DNA of 64,000 nt from Alphaproteobacteria bacterium (GCA_965205265.1 CBDBGH010000003.1:1888001-1952000); one strand, 5' to 3'; shown: positions 18,440 to 29,166, counted from the first letter of the stretch. Notes: generated by a model not told the origin, from the sequence alone. A program made the numbers and translations.

Positions 18440-18551
18440 CGACGTTTGCGTCCGCCGAAGCCGGGTCCGGGGCGGCTATTGCAACGCCGGTCGGAGAAAC
18501 CGGCCCTCCCCTCCTTGCGCATAGGCGGCGGCGCGCCTAAGAGGGGCCGCC

Positions 18552-19469
18552 ATGCAGATCTATCTGCCGGTTGCCGAACTTTCCGTCGATGTCTTCCTGT
18601 TGCTGGGGATGGGCGCCGGAGTGGGCGTGTTGTCCGGCCTGTTCGGCGTCGGCGGCGGCTTCCTGATGACGCCGCTCCTGATCTTCATCGGCATACCGCC
18701 CCCGGTTGCAGTCGCGAGCGAGGCGAATCAGCTCGTCGCGACCTCGGTTTCGGGCGTGCTCGCCCATTGGCGGCGCGGCGCGGTGGACTTCAAGATGGGG
18801 TTGGTGCTGCTGGCGGGCGGCGTGCTGGGCTCGGCAGGCGGCGTGTGGCTGTTCAAGCTGCTGCGCGGCCTCGGCCAGATCGATCTGGCGATCTCGCTTT
18901 GCTACGTCGTGTTCTTGGGAATCGTGGGCTCGCTGATGATGGCGGAGAGCCTCCGCGCCCTCCTGCGCCAGCGGAAGGGTGTGGCGCGGCGCGGCAAGCT
19001 GCACCGGCATATCTGGATCCACGGCCTGCCGCTGAAGATGCGGTTCCAGAAGTCGCGCCTCTATATCAGCGCCGTGCTGCCCTTCCTGATCGGCCTGCTG
19101 GTCGGCCTGCTGGCCGCCATCATGGGCGTGGGCGGCGGCTTCATCATGGTGCCGGCGATGATCTACCTGCTCGGGATGCCGACTTCCATGGTTGCAGGAA
19201 CCTCGTTGTTCCAGATTCTGTTTGTCGTCTCGACTGTCACCCTGCTCCAGTCGGCCGCCAACCAGACCGTGGACGTGATTCTGGCGCTCCTGCTGCTGGC
19301 GGGTTCGGTAGTGGGCGTTCAGGTGGGCACCCGTCTCGGCGCAAGGCTGCCGAGCGAGCAGTTCCGCGTGCTCCTGGCCGCGCTCGTGCTCGCCGTTGGC
19401 CTCAAGCTGCTTTTCGATCTGGTGACCGCGCCCGACGACCTGTTCTCGCTTCAACCGGGCCTGCTCTGA
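18552..19469 (+). CDS. TauE/SafE-family sulfite exporter (TSUP)
   Basis: MQIYLPVAE; SGLFGVGGGFLMTP with internal repeat GVGGGFIMVP. Confidence 0.92.
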   Translation: MQIYLPVAELSVDVFLLLGMGAGVGVLSGLFGVGGGFLMTPLLIFIGIPPPVAVASEANQLVATSVSGVLAHWRRGAVDFKMGLVLLAGGVLGSAGGVWLFKLLRGLGQIDLAISLCYVVFLGIVGSLMMAESLRALLRQRKGVARRGKLHRHIWIHGLPLKMRFQKSRLYISAVLPFLIGLLVGLLAAIMGVGGGFIMVPAMIYLLGMPTSMVAGTSLFQILFVVSTVTLLQSAANQTVDVILALLLLAGSVVGVQVGTRLGARLPSEQFRVLLAALVLAVGLKLLFDLVTAPDDLFSLQPGLL

Positions 19470-20215
19470 TGCGCTTGCTGGCCACGATATGTCTTCTCGC
19501 TGCGGCGGCGCCCGCATCGGCGGCTCAGTTCGTGGTCGATGTATCCGAACGGACCGTCGCCATTACGGCCGGCTTCACCGGGGCCGAACTCGTGGTTTTC
19601 GGAACCGCGGCGGAAGCGCAGAGGTCGGTCGGGGAAGAACACGGCGTGATCGTGGTGATTCGAGGGCCGGAACAGCCGACGGTGGTTCGCCGCAAGGAGC
19701 GCCAGTTCGGCATCTGGGCCAATCATGGCGGCGTGGCCTTTCCGGAAGCGCCGGCCTTCGTCTGGGTCGCCGCGAGCGAAGCCTTCGCCGACCGGCCGCT
19801 CGCGGAGGTTCTGACCAGATACAGGATCGGCCAGGACTTCCTCGCCCCCACGCCGGCCGGCAAGGATATCGAAGCTCTGGGCGCATTCCAGGCGGCGCTC
19901 GTGCGGCGCAAGCAGGTGAACGGGCTGTACTCGGCGGAGTTCGGCCGCGTCGAGTTTCTGGGGGAACACCTGTTCCGCACGCGCGTCGTCTTTCCCGCCA
20001 ATGTTCCCGTCGGCAGCTACCGGATCGAGGTGTTCGAACTGCGGGGCCCCAATGTGGTGAACGTCACCGCGAGCGCACTCCATGTCCGGAAAGCCGGGCT
20101 CGAGGCGGCGGTTTTCCGCTTCGCGCACGACTTTCCCATCCTGCACGGCCTCGTTGCCATCGTCTTGGCCCTGGTGGCAGGATGGCTCGCTGGCGCCGTC
20201 GCGCGGAGAACCTGA
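19469..20215 (+). CDS. TIGR02186-family membrane protein
   Basis: VAITAGFTGAELVVFG, VVIRGP..VRRKER, LFRT..FPANVPVGSY; usual partner of this TauE subfamily. Confidence 0.88.
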   Translation: MRLLATICLLAAAAPASAAQFVVDVSERTVAITAGFTGAELVVFGTAAEAQRSVGEEHGVIVVIRGPEQPTVVRRKERQFGIWANHGGVAFPEAPAFVWVAASEAFADRPLAEVLTRYRIGQDFLAPTPAGKDIEALGAFQAALVRRKQVNGLYSAEFGRVEFLGEHLFRTRVVFPANVPVGSYRIEVFELRGPNVVNVTASALHVRKAGLEAAVFRFAHDFPILHGLVAIVLALVAGWLAGAVARRT

Positions 20216-20219
20216 CCCC

Positions 20220-20705
20220 TTGACCGAGCTTCCTTCCCCCTCGACGCGGACCTTGCTCTGCGTGGTCGATGAGAGCGATGAACTGCCCGTGGCGTTGACC
20301 TTCGCCGCTCTCAGGTCCCGGCGCACGGGCAGCCATGTCGGGTTGTTGTACGTCATCGACACGCCGGCAGACTTTCAGCACTGGTCCGCCGTCGGCGAGT
20401 TGATGCGCGAGGAAGCGCGCGAACATGCCGAGACGGTCATTCTGCAAGCGGCGGCGCGGGTCCAGCGCCTGTCGGGCCGGGTGCCCTCGCTGGCGATCCG
20501 CGAAGGCGACAAGGTGGACGAGACGATACAGGCCTGCGAGGACGATCCGTCGGTGGCCTTCCTGATCCTGGCCTCCGACACGGGCCCCAAGGGGCCGGGC
20601 CCGCTGATCTCCTCGCTGACGGGCAAATCAGTCGGCCGCTTGCAGGTGCCGGTGGTCATCCTGCCGGGCAATCTCTCCGAAGAAGAAATTACCCGTTTTG
20701 CCTGA
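20220..20705 (+). CDS. Universal stress protein
   Basis: LCVVDESDE..AL.FA..R, IREGD, GPGPLIS, PVVILPG. Confidence 0.88.
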   Translation: MTELPSPSTRTLLCVVDESDELPVALTFAALRSRRTGSHVGLLYVIDTPADFQHWSAVGELMREEAREHAETVILQAAARVQRLSGRVPSLAIREGDKVDETIQACEDDPSVAFLILASDTGPKGPGPLISSLTGKSVGRLQVPVVILPGNLSEEEITRFA

Positions 20706-20897
20706 AGGAGACGGCGCTTCCATGCGGCTCGAAGACCTTGTCCAGGGCTCCGACCCGTATGCCTCACCGTGGTCGCAGCCCGCGTCGTGCCTGCCTTGAC
20801 AACCGGGCCGGCAACTTGCTTGTATCCATCTTTGGGGGCAGACGGAATTTCGTTGCTCGGGGCGTTGAACGGAACAGGCTGAAATCGGGGCAATCGC

Positions 20898-21683
20898 GTG
20901 TTCACCACTAATCCCTTCGCTGTGCTTTCGGCATCCGTGCCGTCCGCCGTCATGCAGACATACGTGGTCATCATGATCCTGCTGGTCGTGGGTGGCACGC
21001 TGTTCGACATCTGGCACAAGGGAAGCGCCGCCTATTTCTTCCAGAGTTGGCGGAAATCGCGGGACACGGGAACGCGCCGCATCGGCGGCGGAGAAATGTC
21101 GGCGCTCGCGGTCCGGACCGCCCTGTTGGAGGGCCTGACATCCGCCGAATTCGGCCCAGGGCGCCGCCGGGTCGCCCACCTGCTGACGATGTACGGGTTC
21201 CTGGCATACGTCATCACCACCGTCATCATGGTGTTCTGGTATCCGACACCCGCCGCGGAGACGCCCGCTATCCTGCCCCTGCTCTGGGTCGTCGGGGCCC
21301 TGCTGGTTTGCGTGGGCGGCTACTGGTTCTGGTTCTTCATCCGGGTCGATGTGGCGGCCGAGGGCCACACACCGCTCCGGGCGATGCGCGCCGACCTGTT
21401 CATCCTCTCGCTCCTCGCCAGCACAACGCTCGGGCTGATCTGGGCCGGTTTGCAGGCGGCGGAGAGTTCGTGGACGACAGTGTTTCTGGGCCTCTACCTC
21501 ATCGCCACGACGGTGCTGTTCGGGTCCGTTCCGTGGTCCAAGTTCTCGCACATGTTCTACAAGCCCGCGGCGGCGCTGGAGAAACGAGTGGGCGAAGCGA
21601 CCGGGACGAGGCGCAACCTGCCGGCCCCCGCCGACAAGCCGGAAATGTTCGGCAGCGCGCGCGAAAGGCCCCGCCACTACTGA
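20898..21683 (+). CDS. aprM: Adenylylsulfate reductase membrane anchor AprM
   Basis: Multi-TM protein with DIWHKGSA, HLLTMYG, WSKFSHMFYKPAAA; directly upstream of aprBA. Confidence 0.85.
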   Translation: MFTTNPFAVLSASVPSAVMQTYVVIMILLVVGGTLFDIWHKGSAAYFFQSWRKSRDTGTRRIGGGEMSALAVRTALLEGLTSAEFGPGRRRVAHLLTMYGFLAYVITTVIMVFWYPTPAAETPAILPLLWVVGALLVCVGGYWFWFFIRVDVAAEGHTPLRAMRADLFILSLLASTTLGLIWAGLQAAESSWTTVFLGLYLIATTVLFGSVPWSKFSHMFYKPAAALEKRVGEATGTRRNLPAPADKPEMFGSARERPRHY

Positions 21684-21725
21684 TCGGCCCATATCGGTCG
21701 TTGACGGAGGAGATAACGGAATCCG

Positions 21726-22187
21726 ATGCCGACATTCGTTTATATGACCAGTTGCGACGGCTGCGGATATTGCGTGGATATCTGCCCGTCCGACATCATG
21801 CACATCGATAGCACCACCCGGCGCGCCTACAACATCGAGCCCAACATGTGCTGGGAGTGCTACTCCTGCGTGAAGGCATGTCCGCAGAATGCCATCGACG
21901 CCCGCGGCTATGCCGACTTCGCCCCCCTGGGTCACAGCGTCCGGGTGCTGAGGGAAGAGGCCAAGGGCTCCATTTCCTGGAAGATCAAGTTCCGGAACGG
22001 CCAGGAAAAGGATTTCCTTTCCCCGATCCGGACCACGCCATGGGGATCGATCCCGCCGCCGGCCGACTACGAGGCGCCCACCCCCGAAGCAATGAAATCG
22101 CAGCAACTCGCGCACGAGCCTGACGCGCTCCACATCGAGGCGCTGCCCACCTTGACGCCGGACCGAACCAGTGAGGGAGGCCACTAG
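21726..22187 (+). CDS. aprB: Adenylylsulfate reductase beta subunit
   Basis: MPTFVYMTSCDGCGYCVDICP..CWECYSCVKACP (two 4Fe-4S motifs); PIRTTPWGS. Confidence 0.97.
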   Translation: MPTFVYMTSCDGCGYCVDICPSDIMHIDSTTRRAYNIEPNMCWECYSCVKACPQNAIDARGYADFAPLGHSVRVLREEAKGSISWKIKFRNGQEKDFLSPIRTTPWGSIPPPADYEAPTPEAMKSQQLAHEPDALHIEALPTLTPDRTSEGGH

Positions 22188-24031
22188 TGAGTTTGTTCGC
22201 CCGCCGCAAGACGGTTTTCGTGGACGCGGATATCCTGGTCATCGGCGGCGGCATGGCCGGCTGCGGGGCTACCTATGAAGCCGGCTATTGGGGACGCGAC
22301 CTCAAGGTGGTCTGCGTCGAGAAAGCCAACATCGAGCGCAGCGGCGCCGTCGCCCAGGGCCTGTATGCGATCAACTGCTACATGGGCATGCAGTGGAACG
22401 AGAACCAGCCCGAGGACCATGTCCGCTACGCCCGGAACGACCTCATGGGTCTGGTGCGCGAGGACCTCGGCTTCGACATCGCCCGGCATGTCGACTCCAC
22501 GGTGCACAAGTTCGAGGAGTGGGGCCTTCCCATAATGAAGGACCCGGAAACCGGACGGTATCTGCGCGAAGGCAAATGGCAGATCATGATCCACGGCGAG
22601 AGCTACAAGCCGATCGTCGCGGAGGCCGCCCGCAAGGCTGCCACCGAAGTCTACAACAGGATCATGGTGACACACCTGCTGACGGACACCGCGAATCCCA
22701 ACCGCGTCGCCGGCGCCGTCGGGTTCAATGTCCGCAGCGGGGATTTCTACGTCTTCCGCGCAAAGGCCGTCATCGTGTCCGCCGGCGGCGCGTCGCACAT
22801 CTTCAAGCCCCGGGCGGTAGGCGAAGGCATGGGGCGGACCTGGTACGCCCCCTGGAGCAGCGCCTCAGCCTATGCGCTGCCGATTCTCGTCGGCGCCAAG
22901 ATGACCCAGATGGAGAACCGGGTTGTCCTCACCCGTTTCAAGGACGGCTACGGCCCGGTCGGCGCCTATTTCCTCCACCTCAAGACGTACACCGAGAACG
23001 CCTATGGGGAGGAGTACGAGTCCAGATGGTACGATCACACCAAGGAGCTGGTCGGGGACTATATCGACCGCCATCCGGTGCCCACCTGCCTGCGCAATCA
23101 CGCCTTCCTGGAGGAGGTCAAGGCCGGCGGCGGCCCCATCCGCATGGTGACGAAGGAGGCCTTCGCCGACCCCCATCTGGAGCAGGTCGGCTGGGAGAAC
23201 TTCCTCGGCATGACCATCGGGCAGGCGGTCGTCTGGGCGTCCCAGAACATCGATCCCAAGCACACCAATCCGGAGCTGACCACCTCTGAGCCCTATGTCA
23301 TGGGCTCGCATGCCACCTGCTCGGGCGCCTGGGCGAGCGGACCGGAAGACTGCGCGCCGGCGGACTACCAGTGGGGATACAACCGGATGATGACCGTCGA
23401 GGGGCTGTTCGGCGCCGGCGACACCATCGGCGGCACCGCCCATAAATTCTCTTCGGGGTCCTTTACGGAAGGCCGCATCGCCGGAAAGGCGGCGGTCAAC
23501 TATGTCAACGACATGAAAGGCGACCGGCCGCAGGTGAGCGAGCGGGAATACGAAGACCTCAAGCGGGTCGTCTTCCAGCCGCTGGAAACCTACCGGGTCG
23601 GCCGCAACGAGATCGTCGCGGGCAGCGTCTCGCCGAGCTACCTCCTGCCGATCCACGGCCTCCAGCGCCTCGAGAAGATCATGGACGACTATGTCGGCGG
23701 CATCAGCTCGAACTACCTGACCAATGAACCCATGCTCACCCGCGGGCTGGAGCTGCTGGGCATGCTGAAGGAAGACCTCGGCAGTATCGGGGCCGAAGAC
23801 CTCCACCAGCTCCAGCGGACATGGGAGCTTCACCACCGGGTGCTCGCTTCGGAATCGGTGACGCACCACACCATGTTCAGGACCGAGACGCGGTGGCCGG
23901 GATATTACTACCGGGCCGACCATCCGAAGCTGGACGACACGGACTGGCACTGCTTCACCCTGTCCCGCTACGATCGGGAATCCGGGGAGTGGACCATGGA
24001 AAAGGCTCCCGTCCACCACATCATCGATTAG
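22187..24031 (+). CDS. aprA: Adenylylsulfate reductase alpha subunit
   Basis: GGGMAGCG, RSGAVAQGLYAINCY, WQIMIHGESYK, EGMGRTWY, HKFSSGS. Confidence 0.97.
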   Translation: MSLFARRKTVFVDADILVIGGGMAGCGATYEAGYWGRDLKVVCVEKANIERSGAVAQGLYAINCYMGMQWNENQPEDHVRYARNDLMGLVREDLGFDIARHVDSTVHKFEEWGLPIMKDPETGRYLREGKWQIMIHGESYKPIVAEAARKAATEVYNRIMVTHLLTDTANPNRVAGAVGFNVRSGDFYVFRAKAVIVSAGGASHIFKPRAVGEGMGRTWYAPWSSASAYALPILVGAKMTQMENRVVLTRFKDGYGPVGAYFLHLKTYTENAYGEEYESRWYDHTKELVGDYIDRHPVPTCLRNHAFLEEVKAGGGPIRMVTKEAFADPHLEQVGWENFLGMTIGQAVVWASQNIDPKHTNPELTTSEPYVMGSHATCSGAWASGPEDCAPADYQWGYNRMMTVEGLFGAGDTIGGTAHKFSSGSFTEGRIAGKAAVNYVNDMKGDRPQVSEREYEDLKRVVFQPLETYRVGRNEIVAGSVSPSYLLPIHGLQRLEKIMDDYVGGISSNYLTNEPMLTRGLELLGMLKEDLGSIGAEDLHQLQRTWELHHRVLASESVTHHTMFRTETRWPGYYYRADHPKLDDTDWHCFTLSRYDRESGEWTMEKAPVHHIID

Positions 24032-24059
24032 CCCCGGCTTCCTGCCCCGGTAACGTCCC

Positions 24060-25316
24060 GTGTCCACGTTGATCGCCCCGCACGGCGCCGCCGCGCTCAA
24101 GCCCCTGCTGCTGACCGGGGAAGAGCGGGCCGAGGGCCTGAAGCGGGCGCGCACCCTGAAACGGCTGCCCTTGTCGAGTCGCGAGGTCTCGGACCTCTTC
24201 ATGCTCGCTATGGGCGCCTACACGCCGCTTGAGGGCTTCATGGGCGCAGCAGACTGGCGCGGCGCGTGCGTCGATATGCGGCTGGAGAACGGGCTCTTCT
24301 GGCCGCTGCCCATCACCCTTTCCTGCGACGGGGACTTCGCCGTCGCCACAGGCGACGAAGTGGCGTTGACGGACGAAGGAGGGGAGATCCTCGGCATCCT
24401 CTCGGTCACCGAGAAATACGCCATCGACAAGACCCTCGAATGCCGTGAGGTCTATCGCTCCGCCGACGAGGCCCACCCGGGCGTCGCCAAGGTGATGGCG
24501 CAGGGCTCCGTCAACCTGGCGGGCCCGGTTTCGGTCTTCTCCGAGGGGCATTTCCCCGAGACCTATCGCGGTCTTTACCTGCGCCCTGCCGAAACCCGGT
24601 CGCTGTTCGCCGAAAAGGGCTGGTCCACGGTCGCCGCCTTCCAGACCCGCAACCCCATGCACCGCAGCCACGAGTTTCTCGCCAAGGTCGCCATCGAGGT
24701 GTGCGACGGGCTGCTCATCCACCAGGTCCTGGGCGCGCTCAAGGAAGGCGACATCCCGGCCGAGGTCCGGGTCCGCGCCATCGACTGGCTGGTCGCCAAC
24801 CACTTTGCGGACGGAAAGGTCGTGCAGGCCGGCTACCCCATCGAGATGCGCTATGCCGGCCCCCGGGAGGCGCTGCTGCATGCGCTGTTCCGCCAGAACT
24901 TCGGCTGCTCGCATCTGGTCGTCGGGCGCGACCATGCCGGTCTCGGGAGCTACTACGGACCGTATGACGCACACCGCATATTCGACGAGATCGGCGACGA
25001 CAGCCTCGCCATCCGGCCGCTGAAGATCGACGACACGTTCCATTGCTTCGACTGCGGCGGCATGGCGACGGGCAATGTGTGCTTCGCTGCCGACGGCGGG
25101 ACGGAACCGCCGGGTGAGGAGGAGCGCTATCGCATGGTGGCGGCGGTGGCGACGGGCAATGCCGCGGGCCGGCCCTGCGCGCAAGGGGACGGCGGCAAGC
25201 TCCGGATCTCGGGCACAAGGCTGCGCGAGATGTTCGCGAGCGGCGAGGCGGTCCCGCCCGAATACAGCCGCGACGGCGTGGTCGCCATCCTCCAGGCCCA
25301 TTACGACGCCGCTTGA
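24060..25316 (+). CDS. sat: Sulfate adenylyltransferase (ATP sulfurylase)
   Basis: [51 protein letters not shown]. Confidence 0.95.
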   Translation: MSTLIAPHGAAALKPLLLTGEERAEGLKRARTLKRLPLSSREVSDLFMLAMGAYTPLEGFMGAADWRGACVDMRLENGLFWPLPITLSCDGDFAVATGDEVALTDEGGEILGILSVTEKYAIDKTLECREVYRSADEAHPGVAKVMAQGSVNLAGPVSVFSEGHFPETYRGLYLRPAETRSLFAEKGWSTVAAFQTRNPMHRSHEFLAKVAIEVCDGLLIHQVLGALKEGDIPAEVRVRAIDWLVANHFADGKVVQAGYPIEMRYAGPREALLHALFRQNFGCSHLVVGRDHAGLGSYYGPYDAHRIFDEIGDDSLAIRPLKIDDTFHCFDCGGMATGNVCFAADGGTEPPGEEERYRMVAAVATGNAAGRPCAQGDGGKLRISGTRLREMFASGEAVPPEYSRDGVVAILQAHYDAA

Positions 25317-25372
25317 TTTCGCGGCGGTTCCGGTCCATCTAGGCTGGCATATTGGGCCGGAGGACGCAGCCG

Positions 25373-25924
25373 ATGTTCATTCAGACCGAACAGACCCCCA
25401 ATCCTGCAACGCTGAAGTTCATTCCTGGCGTGCAGGTGATGGCGCGCGGCACGGCCGACTTCCCCTCGCCGGAAGGCTCCGAGCGCTCGCCGCTTGCCCA
25501 GGCGCTGTTCGACGTGGCCGGCGTGAGGGCGGTGTTTTTCGGCAGCGACTTCGTGACCGTCAGCAAGGACGATGCGCGCGACTGGCAAACGCTGAAGCCG
25601 ATGATCCTCGGCGCGATCATGGACCACTTCATGGCCGGCCGCCCCGTCATTCTGGCCGGAGACGAGAGCGAGGCCGATGACGGCGCGGAAGACAGCGAGG
25701 TCGTCTCCCAGATCAAGGAGCTGCTGGAGACGAGGGTTCGCCCGGCGGTGGCGCAGGACGGCGGCGACATCGTCTTCCGCGCCTTCGAGGACGGCGTGGT
25801 CTATCTGAGCATGCAGGGCGCCTGCGCCGGCTGCCCGAGCTCGACGGCAACGCTCAAGATGGGCGTCGAGAACATGCTCCGCCACTACATCCCGGAAGTG
25901 GAAGCGGTTTACCCGGTCCCCTGA
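25373..25924 (+). CDS. NifU/NfuA-family Fe-S scaffold/carrier
   Basis: MFIQTEQTPNPATLKF, RVRPAVAQDGGDI, GACAGCPSS. Confidence 0.95.
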   Translation: MFIQTEQTPNPATLKFIPGVQVMARGTADFPSPEGSERSPLAQALFDVAGVRAVFFGSDFVTVSKDDARDWQTLKPMILGAIMDHFMAGRPVILAGDESEADDGAEDSEVVSQIKELLETRVRPAVAQDGGDIVFRAFEDGVVYLSMQGACAGCPSSTATLKMGVENMLRHYIPEVEAVYPVP

Positions 25925-25969
25925 GGACGCCCGGGGCGGGGACTCCCGCCGGGCCTCCCTCGGCATCTC

Positions 25970-26575
25970 ATGGTCGAACTCGCGCTCGATTGCGCGTCCG
26001 ATGCCTGCTCCGTCGCCGTCGCGCGCAGCGGAAAGGCGATTGCGAGCCATTGGCGGCCCATGGCGCGCGGCCATGCGGAGGCGGCTCCGGTCATGGTGGA
26101 GCGCGCCATGGCGGACGCAGGTGCAGCCTTTTCAGAGCTTTCGCGAATAGTCGTCACACGGGGCCCCGGCTCCTTTACCGGCATCCGCATAGCGCTGGCG
26201 GCGGCGCGCGGCCTGGCGCTCGTCACCGGAGCGGACATTGTGGCCGTGCCGACCTTCGAGGCGCTGCGGCCGGCGGAGCCGCCCGAAGGCCGCCTGTTCG
26301 CCGTGCTCGATACCAAACGCGGCAGCCTTTACGCCGCTGAACTTTCCGGCGCCGCCGAGCCGTTTGTCACGACGGCCGAGGAGCTGGCCGCCGAAGCGCC
26401 GTTCTCCGTCACCGGCGATGCGGCGGCCGCGCTCGCGGCGCTGGCGCCGGGCGCGGTCCGGGCGCTCGCGCCCGCATTGCCGGACGCCGCCCGGCTTCTC
26501 GGCAGGACATTGCCGGCCGGTCCCGTCTCGCCGCTCTACCTCACCCCGCCGCATACGGGGCCCGTCGCGCAGTGA
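25970..26575 (+). CDS. tsaB: tRNA t6A37 biosynthesis protein TsaB
   Basis: LALDCA..CSVAV, RGHAE, GPGSFTGIRI. Confidence 0.92.
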   Translation: MVELALDCASDACSVAVARSGKAIASHWRPMARGHAEAAPVMVERAMADAGAAFSELSRIVVTRGPGSFTGIRIALAAARGLALVTGADIVAVPTFEALRPAEPPEGRLFAVLDTKRGSLYAAELSGAAEPFVTTAEELAAEAPFSVTGDAAAALAALAPGAVRALAPALPDAARLLGRTLPAGPVSPLYLTPPHTGPVAQ

Positions 26576-27015
26576 TCGCGGCCGACCCCTCCCACGCCGA
26601 AGTCATCGCGGCCATCCACCGCGCGGCCATGCCGGAGTCCGCGTGGTCGGCGGACGCCTGGCGCAGCCTGCTCGCCGCACCCGGCGCGCGCGCCCGCATC
26701 GCCATGGACGGAACGGCGCCGGCCGGCTTCCTGCATCTGCGCTGCGCCGGCGACGAGGCGGAAGTGGTGATGATCGCGACCCATCCCTCCGCGCAGCGTC
26801 GGGGCATTGCGATGGCGCTGCTCGAAGACGCCGCCGCATCTCTGGGCGGTCGAACGCTGTTTCTGGAAGTGGCGGAAAGCAACGGCGCCGCACGCGCGCT
26901 CTATGCCCGCTCCGGGTTCGAGCCGGTCGGACGTATGCGGTGCGAGCGCCCCACCTTCATACAGGCCTGGTGATGTGGGAGTTAGGGTTCGGAATGAGAC
27001 GAAGGGAATTTCTCA

Positions 27016-27414
27016 TTGGAGCCCTCAGCAGAGCTTCTCACCAACGCCAGGGTTGAAGTGTTGCCGGCGCGTGGCGGCTTTCGCCGTCGCTGGCCGGCTT
27101 CGGTGAAAGCGCGGATTGTTGCCGAGACACTGGAGGAAGGCGCGACGGTCGCCGGGGTAGCGCGTCGCTACGAGATCAACTCGAACCAGCTGTCGGAATG
27201 GCGCCGCCAGGCACGGAAGGGCCTTCTGGTGTTGCCTGCGGAGGGCGAGATGGGTTTTGCTCCGGTGGTCTTGCGTCAGGATGAGCGCCGGGTTCCCGCT
27301 GCGGGCAGCGACCGCCTGGAAGTGATCCAGGACCGGGTGACGCTCCGTCTGGACGCCGCGACACCGGCTTGCCGGATCGCCGAGATCGTGTCGGCGTTGA
27401 ACGCATCGGTATGA
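27016..27414 (+). CDS. tnpA: IS66 TnpA (HTH)
   Basis: RRRWPASVKARIVAETL..VAGVARRYEINSNQLSEWRR. Confidence 0.88.
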   Translation: MEPSAELLTNARVEVLPARGGFRRRWPASVKARIVAETLEEGATVAGVARRYEINSNQLSEWRRQARKGLLVLPAEGEMGFAPVVLRQDERRVPAAGSDRLEVIQDRVTLRLDAATPACRIAEIVSALNASV

Positions 27415-27557
27415 TCTTCCCATCGAACCGGGTCCGGATCGTGGTTGCGACGAAGCCCGTGGACTTCAGGAAGCAGCACGACGGCCTTGTTGCGCATGTG
27501 AAGAGCGTATTGCGCAAGGACCCGTTCACGGGAACGGTCTCGAGAACGAAGTTCTGA
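27411..27557 (+). pseudogene. tnpB: IS66 TnpB, truncated
   Basis: RIVVATKPVDFRKQHDGL..DPFTG then stops where the sequence joins tnpC. Confidence 0.8.
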
Positions 27558-29047
27558 CGGACCGCAACGGGGCTCAGGCGGAGCGCATCCGCCGTCTCGA
27601 ACATCTGAACCTCGAACTGATCCGCCTTCTGTATGGCAAGAGGTCGGAGAAGCTGTCGGCGGACGAGCGCCAGCTGGCGTTCGAGGACCTTGAGGGCGCG
27701 GCGGCGGAGATCGAAGCAGCGGCCGCGCCGGAAGATCCGACGCCGGCCCAATCGCCGAAGCGTCCTCGCCCGGCGCGCAATATCGGCCACTTGCCGGAGC
27801 ATCTGGAGCGGATCGAGCAGGTGGTCGAGCCGGAGAGCACGCTCTGCCCCTGCGGCTGCGGGGAGATGGTGAAGATCGGCGAGGATCGCACGGAGCGCCT
27901 GGACATCGTGCCGGCGCAGCTTCGGGTGATCGTCACGGTGCGGCCGAAATACGCCTGCCGGGCCTGCGAACAGGGCGTCACCCAGGCGCCGGCGCCGGCC
28001 CGGCTGATCGAGGGCGGGTTGCCGACCGAAGGCGCGATCGCCCATGTGCTCGTCTCCAAATACCTGGACCATTGCCCGTTGCACCGGCAGGCGCAGGTCT
28101 ATGCCCGTTCCGGCCTCGATCTGGACCGCTCGACGCTGGCCGGCTGGGTCGGCAGGGCGTCATTCCATCTGAAACCGGTGGCCGACCGGCTGGCGGAGCA
28201 TCTCAAGCGCTCTTCGAAGCTGTTCATGGACGAGACGCGGGCGCCGGTGCTCGATCCGGGCCGCGGCAGGACCAAGACCGGCTGGCTGTGGGCGCTGGCC
28301 CGCGACGACCGTGCCTGGAGCGGACCCGACCCGCCGGGCGTTGTGTACTTCTATGCGCCCGGGCGCGGCGGTGAATATGCCGAGCGCTTCCTCGACGGCT
28401 TCGATGGTATCCTCCAGGTGGATGGCTATGCCGGCTACAACCGGCTGACTGGACCGAGCCGCAAGGGCGGCGCGCCGATACGGCTGGCTTACTGCTGGTC
28501 CCACGCGAGGCGCCGGCTCCGCGAGATCTACGACAGCAGCGGCTCCGAGATCGCGGCAGAGGGCCTGCGCCGGATCGCCGAGCTCTACGCCATCGAGGCC
28601 GACATCCGCGGCAGCCCGCCCGAGCAACGTCTCGCAGAACGACACGCGCGCTCCGCGCCCCTGGTCGAGGCCTTCGGCGACTGGCTGAAGCAGCAGCGCG
28701 CCCGCATCTCGCCCAAGTCCCGCCTCGGCGAGAAGCTCGCCTATATCGCCCGTCACTGGGACGGCCTCCGGCTGTTCCTCGCCGACGGCCGCGTCGAGAT
28801 GGACAGCAATGCCGTCGAGAACCTCGCCCGGCCGATTGCCCTTACAAGGAAAAACGCGCTCTTCGCGGGTCACGACGAAGGCGCAGTCGCCTGGGGCCGG
28901 ATCGCTTCACTCACCCAGACCGCCAGGTTGAACGGGGTCGAGCCCTACGCCTGGCTCAAGGCCACCCTCGAAGCCATCGCGGTCGGCCATCCCAACGACC
29001 GCATCGACGACCTGCTCCCGTGGAACTTCAAGCCGTCGTCAAGCTGA
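27539..29047 (+). CDS. tnpC: IS66 TnpC DDE transposase lacking its native start
   Basis: LYGKRSEKL, CPCGCG zinc finger, MDETRAPVL, LQVDGYAGY, DSNAVENLARP, IDDLLPW. Confidence 0.88.
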   Translation, partial: LENEVLTDRNGAQAERIRRLEHLNLELIRLLYGKRSEKLSADERQLAFEDLEGAAAEIEAAAAPEDPTPAQSPKRPRPARNIGHLPEHLERIEQVVEPESTLCPCGCGEMVKIGEDRTERLDIVPAQLRVIVTVRPKYACRACEQGVTQAPAPARLIEGGLPTEGAIAHVLVSKYLDHCPLHRQAQVYARSGLDLDRSTLAGWVGRASFHLKPVADRLAEHLKRSSKLFMDETRAPVLDPGRGRTKTGWLWALARDDRAWSGPDPPGVVYFYAPGRGGEYAERFLDGFDGILQVDGYAGYNRLTGPSRKGGAPIRLAYCWSHARRRLREIYDSSGSEIAAEGLRRIAELYAIEADIRGSPPEQRLAERHARSAPLVEAFGDWLKQQRARISPKSRLGEKLAYIARHWDGLRLFLADGRVEMDSNAVENLARPIALTRKNALFAGHDEGAVAWGRIASLTQTARLNGVEPYAWLKATLEAIAVGHPNDRIDDLLPWNFKPSSS

Positions 29048-29166
29048 AATCCGGGTGACCCGCCCGCATCGCTTACGGTCGGACGCCGGCCGGGCTATTA
29101 CCGCACCGCCTCCGGCCGGGAGGACGCCCTTGTCCTCCGCCTTCGTATCGACGCCGCCGGTCTGGT

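Larger units (their letters stand above)
26933..29076 (+). mobile_element. IS66-family element with internal deletion
   Basis: Ends GTATGCGGTGCGAGCG and (rc) GTAAGCGATGCGGGCG; 8-bp TSD GGTCGGAC at 26925-26932 and 29077-29084. Confidence 0.93.
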
